Positions 38,027-47,547 of a stretch of DNA of 64,000 nt are shown in pieces (the stretch's first letter is position 1; the number at the start of each line of letters is the position of its first letter). The stretch lies in the sequence record PP438435.1. One strand, given 5' to 3'. A program made the translations under genes and the position numbers. The notes below the pieces were generated by a model. It was given only the letters and a program-made list of their open reading frames with translations, was not told where the DNA came from and did no database searches.

Positions 38027-38052
38027 ATCAAGGCCCCGAAAGGGGCCTTGAT
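38027..38052. terminator. Putative bidirectional terminator hairpin between convergent units
   Basis: ATCAAGGCCCC-GAAA-GGGGCCTTGAT, 11-bp stem with GNRA loop. Confidence 0.7.
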
Positions 38053-38083
38053 GCTTTGCGGCGTGCGGCGAGGGCGGCAAGGG

Positions 38084-39337
38084 CTACTTGGTATACGTCA
38101 CCGCGCAGTCGCGCCCTTCGAGAAGTACGAGACTCGCATGGGCGTTCGCGATCGCCACATCGAGACAGCCGTCGCCCATGAAGTCGCCGATGGCCACGCC
38201 CTGCGGGTAGTAGTGACTCGCATACGGGACGGTGACGTACAGCGGATCCGCCAGCGTGCCGTCAGGGCGCTGCAGATGTACGCCAACGCGGCTGTGGCCA
38301 CCATGGAAGGACAGCAGGTCGGTGCGGCCGTCACCGTCGATGTCCGCCGCCCTCAGGACATTCGGCAGGTCCATGCTGGGGTGAATCACGGGGGCACTAT
38401 AGGTGCCGCTGCCGTCGCCGTAGGCAATGCCAATGCAGCTCCTCGGGGCGTTGCGGTCCTGGGCGAGCGCGATGTCGTCGTGTCCGTCGCTGTTGAAGTC
38501 TCCGATCGCGAGCCCGCGAACGAATGAGCTCGACGCCCCGTCGCAGTCGAGATGCAGCTGCGGGAGCGCTTTGAACTGCCACTGGTTGGACGTGCCGACG
38601 TTACGGAGCACGTGACCGGTGAAAGCGCCGGCGTTGTTCCAGGCGGTGAACGCGAAGTCATAGTCGCCGTCACCGTCGATGTCAGCGACCGCGCCTTGGC
38701 TGTGGCCACCGAAGAGTTGCGGGAAGGGGGCGCTGGTCAGCTCGCCCGTGGACGTGTGGTGCAGTTGCAGGGTGTCGTTGCCTCCGGTGATCAGGGCGCC
38801 CGCATCGCCGCGTGGCGAGGGGATCCAGTCGGCGCGCGCCGGCGTCGACGGCGGGCCGACCTCCATGTGTGCAGGGCCATGGGCGGACCAGTGCATGAGC
38901 ATGCTGATCCCTTCGCGGGTGATGACGGCGACCGCTGGCGCTCGGCCGCGGCCAAACCAGGTCGGTACGAGGGTGACATGGGGATAGGTAGGCAGCGTCT
39001 CCTTCCACGACAGCGAGAGGGCGCCGTGCTCGTCATGGGTGTAAAGCCGCAGCTGCATGAGGGACGTCGTCGGCGTCCGGACGATGTGGCTCGCGAGGAG
39101 ATCCTGGCGACCATCGCCGGTGAGGTCGGCAAGTGCGACTGACCACCCGCTCTGCAGGTCGGGCATGACGACCGGCGGCGCGAAGTGCCAGCCTGCAGGG
39201 GCGTGGCTGCTGGGCGCTACCTCATGGATGTCGGGCACCGGGTGAAAGTGCTCACCCGGGGTTAGAGGTCTGCCGTAAGCATCAACAGGAGGCGCGAGCA
39301 GTGTGGCGAGAGTGACTGCGATCAGGTAAGCGGGCAT
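38084..39337 (-). CDS. Secreted FG-GAP/VCBS repeat beta-propeller protein
   Basis: Signal peptide; ADLTGDGRQDLL, ADIDGDGDYDF, GDFNSDGHDDIA, ADIDGDGRTDLL, GDFMGDGCLDVA. Confidence 0.88.
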   Translation of the reverse strand: MPAYLIAVTLATLLAPPVDAYGRPLTPGEHFHPVPDIHEVAPSSHAPAGWHFAPPVVMPDLQSGWSVALADLTGDGRQDLLASHIVRTPTTSLMQLRLYTHDEHGALSLSWKETLPTYPHVTLVPTWFGRGRAPAVAVITREGISMLMHWSAHGPAHMEVGPPSTPARADWIPSPRGDAGALITGGNDTLQLHHTSTGELTSAPFPQLFGGHSQGAVADIDGDGDYDFAFTAWNNAGAFTGHVLRNVGTSNQWQFKALPQLHLDCDGASSSFVRGLAIGDFNSDGHDDIALAQDRNAPRSCIGIAYGDGSGTYSAPVIHPSMDLPNVLRAADIDGDGRTDLLSFHGGHSRVGVHLQRPDGTLADPLYVTVPYASHYYPQGVAIGDFMGDGCLDVAIANAHASLVLLEGRDCAVTYTK

Positions 39338-39385
39338 CTATGTATGACCTGGGTGCGGGTGAGTGGAGGTGGGGCGCGGTGGTAG

Positions 39386-39727
39386 TTAGAGGCTCATCCG
39401 GGCGCTTGTGGTGACGGCGTTCGTGGCGGCAGCGACAGCCTCGAGATGGAGCTCGCCAACGTCACGCATGAGGAGCGAGTGCGTTCGCTGGGCGCTTGCC
39501 ACCACGTTCGCATCGCTCCAGTTCGGAGCGGTCGCAGGACTGATGTGTCGCAGCGCAGCGGCCCACAGATCTATCAGGGCATCCGGCCGCGCGGCGATGC
39601 TGACGACGCGAGCATTGCGGGCCAAGACATCAAAGGCGTCGGCGTCATCGCATGCGGCGATGTATTCGTCGAAGAACGTAGCAGCAACGACTGCGGGCAC
39701 CGCAGGGTGATAGGCGTAGGTATTCAT
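39386..39727 (-). CDS. Hypothetical protein
   Basis: Fits the co-oriented minus-strand array. Confidence 0.55.
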   Translation of the reverse strand: MNTYAYHPAVPAVVAATFFDEYIAACDDADAFDVLARNARVVSIAARPDALIDLWAAALRHISPATAPNWSDANVVASAQRTHSLLMRDVGELHLEAVAAATNAVTTSARMSL

Positions 39728-39738
39728 TGGTGACGCAC

Positions 39739-40311
39739 TCAGGGTGAGGGGCCGGCAGCCGGAGCCGCGGCGGCGGTGTGCGCGGCCTTCAGGCGGGCCT
39801 GCTCGTCGGCGTGCTGCGTGTCGACGACGAGCGTTGCGGCCTCGCGCGGGGGCATCGTCGACAGGTTGGTGGCGGCTGCTTTCTCGAGCGCGGCCGGGAT
39901 TCCCGGGTGCGAGGGCGGGGCGTTGAACTCCGTGACGTGGCCATTGGCGAACATTGCCAGCGTGGTTGTGCCCTTCTTCGCGGCGCGCTTGAGGGACGTC
40001 AGCACGCTCTCGATTGCCACCTGGCGCCCAGCGAGCGAGTCGACCCAGTCTTCGAGATCTGCACCGTACTGCCCGATCGCGTCGGGGGTGAGCTGCAGGT
40101 ACTCGCGCTCACGTGCGGCGTTCGCGGCCTTGGCCGCGGCGATGTCTGCCGGATCGCTATCCACCACGGGGCGCAGCAGCGTCATTCCTCCCCGGCCGTT
40201 GTTGCGGGCGGTATAGATCGGGCGGTCTTCCCAGGTCACGATGGCGTCGAAAGCCATCGTTTCCTCGCTCAGCGAGGCGTAGTGCTTGAAGCGCTTCAGG
40301 CCGAGAGACAT
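39739..40311 (-). CDS. Hypothetical plasmid/phage-type protein (EET.AF.A...ARNNGRGG)
   Basis: AAGGAG RBS before ATG 40311. Confidence 0.7.
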   Translation of the reverse strand: MSLGLKRFKHYASLSEETMAFDAIVTWEDRPIYTARNNGRGGMTLLRPVVDSDPADIAAAKAANAAREREYLQLTPDAIGQYGADLEDWVDSLAGRQVAIESVLTSLKRAAKKGTTTLAMFANGHVTEFNAPPSHPGIPAALEKAAATNLSTMPPREAATLVVDTQHADEQARLKAAHTAAAAPAAGPSP

Positions 40312-40327
40312 CGGGTACTCCTTGGAG

Positions 40328-41065
40328 TCAGAAGGAAAAGCCAGCCGACGGCGCGGCAGGAGGCTCGGCGTCGGTCGGAAGGGGTTCGGCGCGCCAATCC
40401 CAGGTGCGCGCATTGATGTCCAGTTGTGACCGTGGCCAGTGTCCAGGTGTGCCGTGGTAGCGGCCGCTCGGGTGCGAGGTCGCATCGAAATCGAGGGTGA
40501 TGCGCTTCGAGGGCGAGATCTGGAGCTCGGCGAGCATGCCGCCGCCTGCAACGAGCGTGTTGGCGCGCAGCGCCTGTACATGCAGACCGGCGAGCGCGAG
40601 GCGCTGCAGGATCGCCGCCACCATGGCCTCGGTAGGTGCAGTTCCGCTCACGCCCAAAGAGAGCCACTGCGTGGATGCCGTGATGTTGTAGCTGCTGCCA
40701 CCACCTGGGTAGGTCTGCAGCTCACGCGTGACGAGAGCGATCGCAGGCACCGCCGAGACATCCTCAAGCAGCTGCTTCGCGATGGCAGATCGTGCAGCGC
40801 TGGATTCCGGCAGTCCGAGCCAGGTGAGCTCGGAAGTGCAGAGTCCCTGCACGTACCAGAGTTTTCCCTCAGGCGTGCGGCTCACAGTGACGAAGAAGGG
40901 TGCATCTCGGCCGTTGTTGACGATCTGCACCGCGGGCCTGCGGTTGAGCGACATCAACTGCACTCCGCCTTCGTTGTGGAGCCAGGTGCCATAGTAGGCG
41001 CGACCGTGAACTGGGAGTGTGCCTTCTTGGTGGAACGCACGATCGTTGATGAGGATGGTGGTCAT
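40328..41065 (-). CDS. Hypothetical protein
   Basis: Protein-like frame from MTTILINDRAF. Confidence 0.6.
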   Translation of the reverse strand: MTTILINDRAFHQEGTLPVHGRAYYGTWLHNEGGVQLMSLNRRPAVQIVNNGRDAPFFVTVSRTPEGKLWYVQGLCTSELTWLGLPESSAARSAIAKQLLEDVSAVPAIALVTRELQTYPGGGSSYNITASTQWLSLGVSGTAPTEAMVAAILQRLALAGLHVQALRANTLVAGGGMLAELQISPSKRITLDFDATSHPSGRYHGTPGHWPRSQLDINARTWDWRAEPLPTDAEPPAAPSAGFSF

Positions 41066-41090
41066 TGGAGTAGCGTCCGATGGCGTAGAG

Positions 41091-41981
41091 TTAGGGCGTG
41101 AGGACCGGCGCGGTGCGTGGGCGCGAGTCGTTGCTGCGGAAGCAGCCAACGCCCCATGGCTCGGCGAGTTCGGGGACCGAAAAGACCGATTCGGCGGCTC
41201 TGTTCTCACGAAAGGCGCGGAGATGCTCGGCCGAACCCTCGGTGGCCAAGTGCAAGGGATCCTCATACGCGTAGTCAGCGTGGGAACGGGACACCCTGAA
41301 GGCACCACACACCTGTCCCATGAGGCGACAGAAGGCATCCACGGCGTCAGGCGTCTGCGCTACAGGAAAGACTTCCTCCGTGTACGCGTGGACGCGCGTG
41401 CCGTCGGGAGTGGAGAGGATGAACAGCGGCAGCGCTTGAGGATCGAGGCCGAGGCAATCGGGGTCATCCGAGAGCAGGACCACCTTGGTGAGGTGCGCGA
41501 CGGTGCCCTGCGGGAGCACAACGCCATCGAACGGGGACGAGTACACCACTGCGCCACCCCCCGAGGCTTCTCGGAAGGCGTGGAGCGCAGCCTCGACGTC
41601 GTTGATCCAGGGCTGCAGGAATCGCGTGGGGAACTGTGCGTGCTCATCGAGCGCATCTGCATGGATGCGATCGAGCGTGCTCTCCGGACCTGCGCAGGTA
41701 GAGCCCTTCGCCCATAGGGCCTGGTAGTCCTCGTACTCCTCGCGCATGCGCTCAAGGAGCTGCTCGCGCGGCCACGCGGCGGCGGCCTGGGCGTCTGCCA
41801 AGGTCACGAACTGCAGCGGCCACGCGCCGCCGGCGGCGCAGCGAAAATCCGGGGAGGCGTTGAGCTCGTATGGGATGGATGGGCGTAAGCGCGGCCTGGT
41901 CTCAATCCGCCAGCCGTCGTCGCGCTCCCAGTAGGAGGTGTTTGTGCCGTCGGGCGGCAGCTTGGTCCATGTGTTGGGCAA
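41091..41981 (-). CDS. Hypothetical multidomain protein
   Basis: TTG start with GGAAGGA upstream. Confidence 0.6.
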   Translation of the reverse strand: MPNTWTKLPPDGTNTSYWERDDGWRIETRPRLRPSIPYELNASPDFRCAAGGAWPLQFVTLADAQAAAAWPREQLLERMREEYEDYQALWAKGSTCAGPESTLDRIHADALDEHAQFPTRFLQPWINDVEAALHAFREASGGGAVVYSSPFDGVVLPQGTVAHLTKVVLLSDDPDCLGLDPQALPLFILSTPDGTRVHAYTEEVFPVAQTPDAVDAFCRLMGQVCGAFRVSRSHADYAYEDPLHLATEGSAEHLRAFRENRAAESVFSVPELAEPWGVGCFRSNDSRPRTAPVLTP

Positions 41982-42009
41982 AGGAACATCCTTCCGTGGA
42001 TGTGAGGGG

Positions 42010-42771
42010 TCAAGAACCCAGGCGCGCAGGGGCGGTGGATGACGCTGTGCATTGGGCTTGGTAATCAGAGACCGCGGCGTTTACGAAACCAGCGACATCG
42101 AGTTCGTGCGTGAGCCGGCGACGCAGTTCTGCTGCGTCAGAAGTCCACATGGCGTCGGTGTGGTGGTACGGGGTCCAGCAGACGCCCGTGACACCGCCCT
42201 GATAGTGGGTGGCGATACTGAGCCCGCAACCGGCATCAGCATCACCGTGCACCGCCGGGTCCGTCAGCGTGGCCTCGATCCAGAGCGCGATGGTGCCGCC
42301 GCGCTTTACTTCGCCGCTCCAGCGAAGTTCTTCGTCGCCGCCGTGATCCGTGTCGGGCTCGAAGGTTGCGTCAGGGATCGCGTTGGCAATCGCCTCACCG
42401 ACCCGCACGCAGGCATCGCTGAGATCGATACAGGCGGCACGCCACAAGCGCAGATAGGTCATCAGTTGAGCATCAGCTGCGGCGGTGGGATCGCTCTCGT
42501 GCATGTCGGTGACAGCCATCGACCGCATCCGCCCCCAAGCCATTGCATCCGAAGGCGCGGTCGTCGCGTACCTGGCCAAGTGCTGGAGCTTCTGGCGTGC
42601 ATCGATCGGCGCAAGGCCATCACCGCGCGCCGTGGCGCCCAGGAGGTAAAGCCGCTCGAAGAGCCATCTGTCTACGGGGGCTTCCGCGACAGCAGGAGCG
42701 CCGCGCAGTGCGCCATGGAATAGTTGTGGAAGGATGCGCTCGAGTGTGACGCGGTCGTGTTGGTTTGGCAT
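42010..42771 (-). CDS. Hypothetical protein
   Basis: Frame from MPNQHDRVTLE; AGGA upstream. Confidence 0.6.
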   Translation of the reverse strand: MPNQHDRVTLERILPQLFHGALRGAPAVAEAPVDRWLFERLYLLGATARGDGLAPIDARQKLQHLARYATTAPSDAMAWGRMRSMAVTDMHESDPTAAADAQLMTYLRLWRAACIDLSDACVRVGEAIANAIPDATFEPDTDHGGDEELRWSGEVKRGGTIALWIEATLTDPAVHGDADAGCGLSIATHYQGGVTGVCWTPYHHTDAMWTSDAAELRRRLTHELDVAGFVNAAVSDYQAQCTASSTAPARLGS

Positions 42772-42793
42772 GGGGCGTCCTAAGAGGCAGGGG

Positions 42794-43486
42794 TTAGGGC
42801 GATGAGCCGGGCGCGGGACGCTGTGGCGAGATCTCCTGCGAAACGGCGTCGTCGATACCGCGGCGTACTTCGGCGACGACCCAATCCCAGTAGCCGAGCC
42901 GCGTGTCGCCTTCCGCCACGTCGTGTTGCCAGCCTTCAATCGGATGATCGGGGTGGGTGCTCCAAAATCCCCCACAGCTGTCCGCGAGGGCTTCGGCGTC
43001 CTCAGCGAACGAGGGATAGCCCTTCATGTCAGCCACGCTGCCGAATATGCCGCGCAACGTCGCGAGGGCATGTTCCCGGTCACGGACAGAGGCGAGATCC
43101 AGAGCAACCCGCAGCACGAGGCGGCCTGGCATGTTGTCGTCGACCGGCAGGATTTGCACGGGGATGGTGGCGTTCACGCGGCTCTGCAGATCGAGGACCG
43201 CTGCGGCGAAGTAACCGTTCGCCGAAGCGCGTAGTGGGTACAGGTTCGCGTCGTGGAGCCACCAAGGATCCGCGTACGGGCATTCAAGGTGGGCAATGAG
43301 AGCAGGGCGGCCGTCAACGGCGCCGAGGTACGGCAACACGTTTCCCGGCCCCTCGTCGAAGGGCACCTTCTGCCAGTCGGTGTCGCTCACGAGCACATCG
43401 GCAGGCGCCTTGATGTTCGTCGGCTCGCCAAGCCCATTGCTCAGATAGACGATATGCACTGGTGCTTCATGCGTAGGCCCGGACAT
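42794..43486 (-). CDS. Hypothetical protein with C-terminal HP..P...W...V..GDTRLGYWDWV domain
   Basis: The C-terminal motif is one I recognise from small plasmid/phage proteins. Confidence 0.65.
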   Translation of the reverse strand: MSGPTHEAPVHIVYLSNGLGEPTNIKAPADVLVSDTDWQKVPFDEGPGNVLPYLGAVDGRPALIAHLECPYADPWWLHDANLYPLRASANGYFAAAVLDLQSRVNATIPVQILPVDDNMPGRLVLRVALDLASVRDREHALATLRGIFGSVADMKGYPSFAEDAEALADSCGGFWSTHPDHPIEGWQHDVAEGDTRLGYWDWVVAEVRRGIDDAVSQEISPQRPAPGSSP

Positions 43487-43488
43487 GA

Positions 43489-44631
43489 TTAGCTCCCCAT
43501 CCCAGGCGCGCTCGCCTTGGATTCGAGACACGCTTCCGGTACGCCATGCCCGATGCGCGGTAGCTGCGGCACTACGCGTGCATCCCGATCGAAAGCGATA
43601 TGGGTGAAACCGTGGCGTCGCGCGATCGCGATCAGGCTAGCGAGCGATTCGTGCGGAGTCGGGTTGTCGACGTCCTCGTTTGGGCGGACATCGATGCGGG
43701 CCTGATACGGGCTGCTCGCGACCGCGGTGAAGTCGGCGTAGACGCCCTCATCAGGGCTCGCCGCACTGGCCTGCAAGTGTTCGTAGAGGTCGTAGGGGAT
43801 GTGCTCGGTGCTGAGCACCCAAGCGCGCTCGGTCTCGAATGCGTACGGACCGATCTCGCGTCCGGGCGGGCCAGCGATCGCGACGCGGCCCCCGCTCACC
43901 TCATATCCGCCGGCGCGCAAAACCTGTTCGGCCCGAGAGAGATCCAGTCCCTCAGCGCCGTGCCAGTCGGCCACGCCGAGCCCGTGGAGTTGACCGATGA
44001 GGTCAGCCAGCGCCGGCAGTGCATCGCGTTCGGCGTTGCCTGTAGGCTCGCCTGCATGCCGCAAGCCTTCATGCAACACGGTCGTGATCGGAGACGCCAG
44101 TTCTGAAAGCATATCCACGGCATCGCCGCCGTTGACCTGTGTGTCGTCCTCCTTCGGGTTGTAGAAGCCAAGGTTCTCCATCGATGCGCGCAGGGTGCCG
44201 ATCAAGTCGATCGCGGCCCTGTAGTGCTTCACGAGGGCGCCCAGGGGGGCGTGCGTGGCTTCGCGAGTGGCCAGGCGGTTGAGATAGGCGCGCAGCGTGT
44301 CGAACTCGGCGACGACTTGGATGCCGTTTTTCTCATCGGCGAGTTCGGCTTCAGTCGCGCGAATGGTGTAGTTCCCTCGGCTGTCAATTTCCGCGCGGTC
44401 AGCCATCGCATCCAGTGTCGTCACACACAGTTGCGCGAGCGCGTGATTGTCGACCACCGTGCGGCCGCGAAGAGCTGAGCGAACCTCGCCAAGAAGGGCG
44501 CGGCTGATGTCGCTCGCGGGTTCATCAGGCCGGTCGGCCAGCCGTGCGAGAACGCCGGAGAGTGCTCTGAGCGTGTCGTTCGAGATGAGGTGCCGGACTG
44601 AGTCGGCAGCACGAGGATTGGCGGTAGGCAT
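43489..44631 (-). CDS. Hypothetical multidomain protein with C-terminal DUF5983-like domain
   Basis: WVLSTEHIP...LIAIARRHGFTHIAFDRDA...LP. Confidence 0.6.
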   Translation of the reverse strand: MPTANPRAADSVRHLISNDTLRALSGVLARLADRPDEPASDISRALLGEVRSALRGRTVVDNHALAQLCVTTLDAMADRAEIDSRGNYTIRATEAELADEKNGIQVVAEFDTLRAYLNRLATREATHAPLGALVKHYRAAIDLIGTLRASMENLGFYNPKEDDTQVNGGDAVDMLSELASPITTVLHEGLRHAGEPTGNAERDALPALADLIGQLHGLGVADWHGAEGLDLSRAEQVLRAGGYEVSGGRVAIAGPPGREIGPYAFETERAWVLSTEHIPYDLYEHLQASAASPDEGVYADFTAVASSPYQARIDVRPNEDVDNPTPHESLASLIAIARRHGFTHIAFDRDARVVPQLPRIGHGVPEACLESKASAPGMGS

Positions 44632-44653
44632 GTCGTGGGTCCTGTGGGAGCGA

Positions 44654-45607
44654 TCAGGCGAGCGAGAGCGAGGTCGCGGCGGCGGGAAGCAGCGCGGGGT
44701 CGGTGTAGTTGATCGTCGCCGTGTGGCGGCTTGCGCGTCCGGGGCATTCGAGTGCGACCGAAAGTTCCGCGCCAAGGTCGCCGATCTCCACGCGCACGAT
44801 GTCGTACTGCGTGCAGAGCAGGAGCGCGCAGCGCTGGCTGCCGCTCACGAACCGCACCTCGAAGCTGTCTCCCAGCGCAGGGCTGGTGACGCCGGCGCTA
44901 TTGACCAGATGGTATGGGCCCTGCTCGCCCAAGCCGAGGTCACTCCACGTCGCGCTCAGCAGCGTGCACCCCGGCGAATCGTGCAGAGGACTGCGTCCCC
45001 GCATGGGCTGGCCATCTGCTGTACACGGGGCGACGTGGACGTACAGCCCGTCGGGCGAAACCGCGAGGTCCAGCTGGTAGACGGGCGCGGCGATGGCGGG
45101 CGCCGCGCCTGGCCGCAGCAGCAGGACGGTGTAGGCGCGGGAGTCGCGGTCGGGCAGGGGGACCGTCGGAAGGCGCACGGCAAGCGACTGCGGAGGAAGG
45201 CCGAGAGGCAGTGGTTCGGTGGCGAGCTGGGCGCGACGGCGCTCCTGGGCCATCTCGAGCTCGATGCGTAGGGCTTGCCGATCGACCGCGCTCGTAGCGG
45301 TCAGCGAGGCCCAGCAGGCGCTGGCGGCCTTGAAGAAGGCGCCTGCATAGTCCCTGTCCTCCAAGGGAAGCGCGCCGGTATCGGCATCCGCCAAGCGCGG
45401 CACCAGGCCATGGCCGGTCGCCAGCCAGTGAGGCGTGAGCTTCGTCAGGGCGGCATCCCAGCCGTGCGCGGCAATCGTGCTTTCGATGATGCGGTAGAGG
45501 GCACTCTTGTTTGGTGCGTCAAGGAGCGCGTCCCACAGCGCAAGGTCGCGTTCGGCGTTGAGCGCGCGAAGCCGGGGGTCCGTGTCGGGGCGATCGAAAG
45601 TGCTCAT
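44654..45607 (-). CDS. Hypothetical protein
   Basis: Coupled to the UvrD-like gene (4-nt overlap). Confidence 0.6.
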   Translation of the reverse strand: MSTFDRPDTDPRLRALNAERDLALWDALLDAPNKSALYRIIESTIAAHGWDAALTKLTPHWLATGHGLVPRLADADTGALPLEDRDYAGAFFKAASACWASLTATSAVDRQALRIELEMAQERRRAQLATEPLPLGLPPQSLAVRLPTVPLPDRDSRAYTVLLLRPGAAPAIAAPVYQLDLAVSPDGLYVHVAPCTADGQPMRGRSPLHDSPGCTLLSATWSDLGLGEQGPYHLVNSAGVTSPALGDSFEVRFVSGSQRCALLLCTQYDIVRVEIGDLGAELSVALECPGRASRHTATINYTDPALLPAAATSLSLA

Positions 45608-47421
45608 GGGGAGGGTGTTCCGTGTGCGAGGGGAGCGACAGCGGACCGCAGGTCGCGCCAGGCTTCGGCGCTGCTGCGTGCGTTGCGATACAGCGTGCTG
45701 ACCGCTGCGGTGAGCTCGGAGAGCTCCTCGGGCGAGAGTTGATCGCGCGTCAGGTGTGTAACGGCGTCCAGGGCTTCACCCATTGCCCGGGTGGCGTGTG
45801 CGAGGGCGTTGCGCACACGATCGACGGTGGGATCGCTCGCGGGCGGTGCCGGAATGGCGGGGGCGGCACCGTTGAGGCTGGAGGCAGCAGATGCTGCCCC
45901 GACGGGGTCCCCGCGGAGCGCGATGCTGATGGGGTGATCCGGGCGCGCCAAGGGATTGCCCGGATTCAGCGCTCGCAGGGTGTCCAGGTGCGCGAGGAAC
46001 GCACTACACCCGCTGACGTCCAGTGTTTTTTGCGCGCGGGTGACTGCGACGTAGAGCAGCCGGCTCTGCTCGGGTTCCCAGCGCGAGTTCTTGGGCTTCG
46101 GGCCTTGGATGTCCTCGACGGTGACCCCGACGAAGTCGTCGGTCAGCCGAACGTGGTCCCACTCCCGGCCCTTGGACTTGTGCGCGGTTGTGAGGATGAC
46201 ATCGGCGTTCTCTTCGTCGCGATCGGTCGGGTCCTTCGGGACCTGGTTGACCATTTTGCGTAACTCCGGCTCGGAGTATTCCTCCACCAGGTTCACCAAC
46301 ACTGCGAGGTCCTTGCCGGGCGGCGTCTTGGCGTACGTCACCACCTCATCCCAGTCGCGGAAGCCCGTCAGCTCTGCTGCGGTCGGCTTGCGGTTGTCCT
46401 GGAGCGCGTTGACCGAGTCCAGCAAGCGCACCAGGTCGGCCGTGCCACCGACGATCACGGCGCTCTGTTCGGCTTTGAGTGCCGCCGCCAGTTCGCCGAT
46501 CAGGCCCATGTTCGTGCGGGTCACGACAGTTCCCGCCTCGACGGTGTCGAGGCGGGTGTCCAGCGCGTCGAATCCGCGCAGGGTGATGTCTGGATCGAGC
46601 GCGCTCTGCAGGACGATGTTGGCCGCATCCGCGACACGCGGCCCGAAGCGGAAGCTCTGCGATAGCGTTGCTGTGGCGTCGAGTTTGAAGGCGCTCATGG
46701 CGTTGACAGCGCCGCGCCAACTGTAAATCTGTTGGTGGGAGTCACCGACGACAATGATCTGGCCGCGCTGTCTGGCAAACAGGTCGATGACGAGAGGCGT
46801 GGAGTCCTGCGCTTCGTCGAGTAGCAGCACATCCGCGCGCAGCTGGGGGTTGGTCAGCGCCCATAGCTTCAAGTAGACGTCATGCGTGACGGTCTGCTTC
46901 TGGGTGGCGCTCATGTCGGACATGGCGTCCCACAGGCGTCGCGCGGTTGAAAAGATCGCCCGCATGACGGGCGGGTCGTCGGCGAACGGCGCATGCGTTT
47001 CGTTGATCTCGCGATCCGCGCTCTGGCAGAAGGTGCTGATCGTCTGCAGGACGTAGTAGGCGCCGGTGACGGCGTCGAGGCCTGCGAAGTGGCGCGTGCT
47101 CCAGCCTTGTTCGGCTGCAAGAGCGCGCGGTGTCAGGGTGCCCAGGCGCTCGGCGTCCTTGAAGGCTTGGCCGTGTGTCGCCCACGCCAGGCCGTGGTTC
47201 GTCTTCGGCGTGACGTTGCGGGGCGCTGCTGCCTTGAAGTCTGCGACGTTCTTCTTGCCGAATGACGTGTAGAGCATCCGCCGCTTGGGCATCGCGTTCG
47301 CGATCAGCTTCAGCGTGCTCGTCTTGCCGGCGCCGGCGCGGGCTTCGATTCGGAGGCTTCGGCCTGCCGTGGCATGGGCGAGCGCCACCGCCTGCTCTTC
47401 CGTGGGCTTGAACGTAGTCAT
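45604..47421 (-). CDS. UvrD/Rep-family SF1A helicase
   Basis: ARAGAGKT, LDEAQD, VGDSHQQIYSWRGA, LSQSFRFG, TAHKSKGREW, LYVAVTRA. Confidence 0.92.
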   Translation of the reverse strand: MTTFKPTEEQAVALAHATAGRSLRIEARAGAGKTSTLKLIANAMPKRRMLYTSFGKKNVADFKAAAPRNVTPKTNHGLAWATHGQAFKDAERLGTLTPRALAAEQGWSTRHFAGLDAVTGAYYVLQTISTFCQSADREINETHAPFADDPPVMRAIFSTARRLWDAMSDMSATQKQTVTHDVYLKLWALTNPQLRADVLLLDEAQDSTPLVIDLFARQRGQIIVVGDSHQQIYSWRGAVNAMSAFKLDATATLSQSFRFGPRVADAANIVLQSALDPDITLRGFDALDTRLDTVEAGTVVTRTNMGLIGELAAALKAEQSAVIVGGTADLVRLLDSVNALQDNRKPTAAELTGFRDWDEVVTYAKTPPGKDLAVLVNLVEEYSEPELRKMVNQVPKDPTDRDEENADVILTTAHKSKGREWDHVRLTDDFVGVTVEDIQGPKPKNSRWEPEQSRLLYVAVTRAQKTLDVSGCSAFLAHLDTLRALNPGNPLARPDHPISIALRGDPVGAASAASSLNGAAPAIPAPPASDPTVDRVRNALAHATRAMGEALDAVTHLTRDQLSPEELSELTAAVSTLYRNARSSAEAWRDLRSAVAPLAHGTPSP

Positions 47422-47466
47422 GGAGTCCTTTCCATGTGGCGCCCCAAGGGGGGGCTTGCGCGACTC

Positions 47467-47496
47467 ACGTTAGCGGAATAGGATGTCAGTACGCAA
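47467..47496 (-). promoter_or_regulatory. Possible promoter of the minus-strand array
   Basis: Minus strand TTGCGT-18 bp-TAACGT. Confidence 0.4.
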
Positions 47497-47547
47497 CACG
47501 TAACGCACGGTTGCGGTTGAGTGGAGTCATCTCCACACGGAGGCTTT

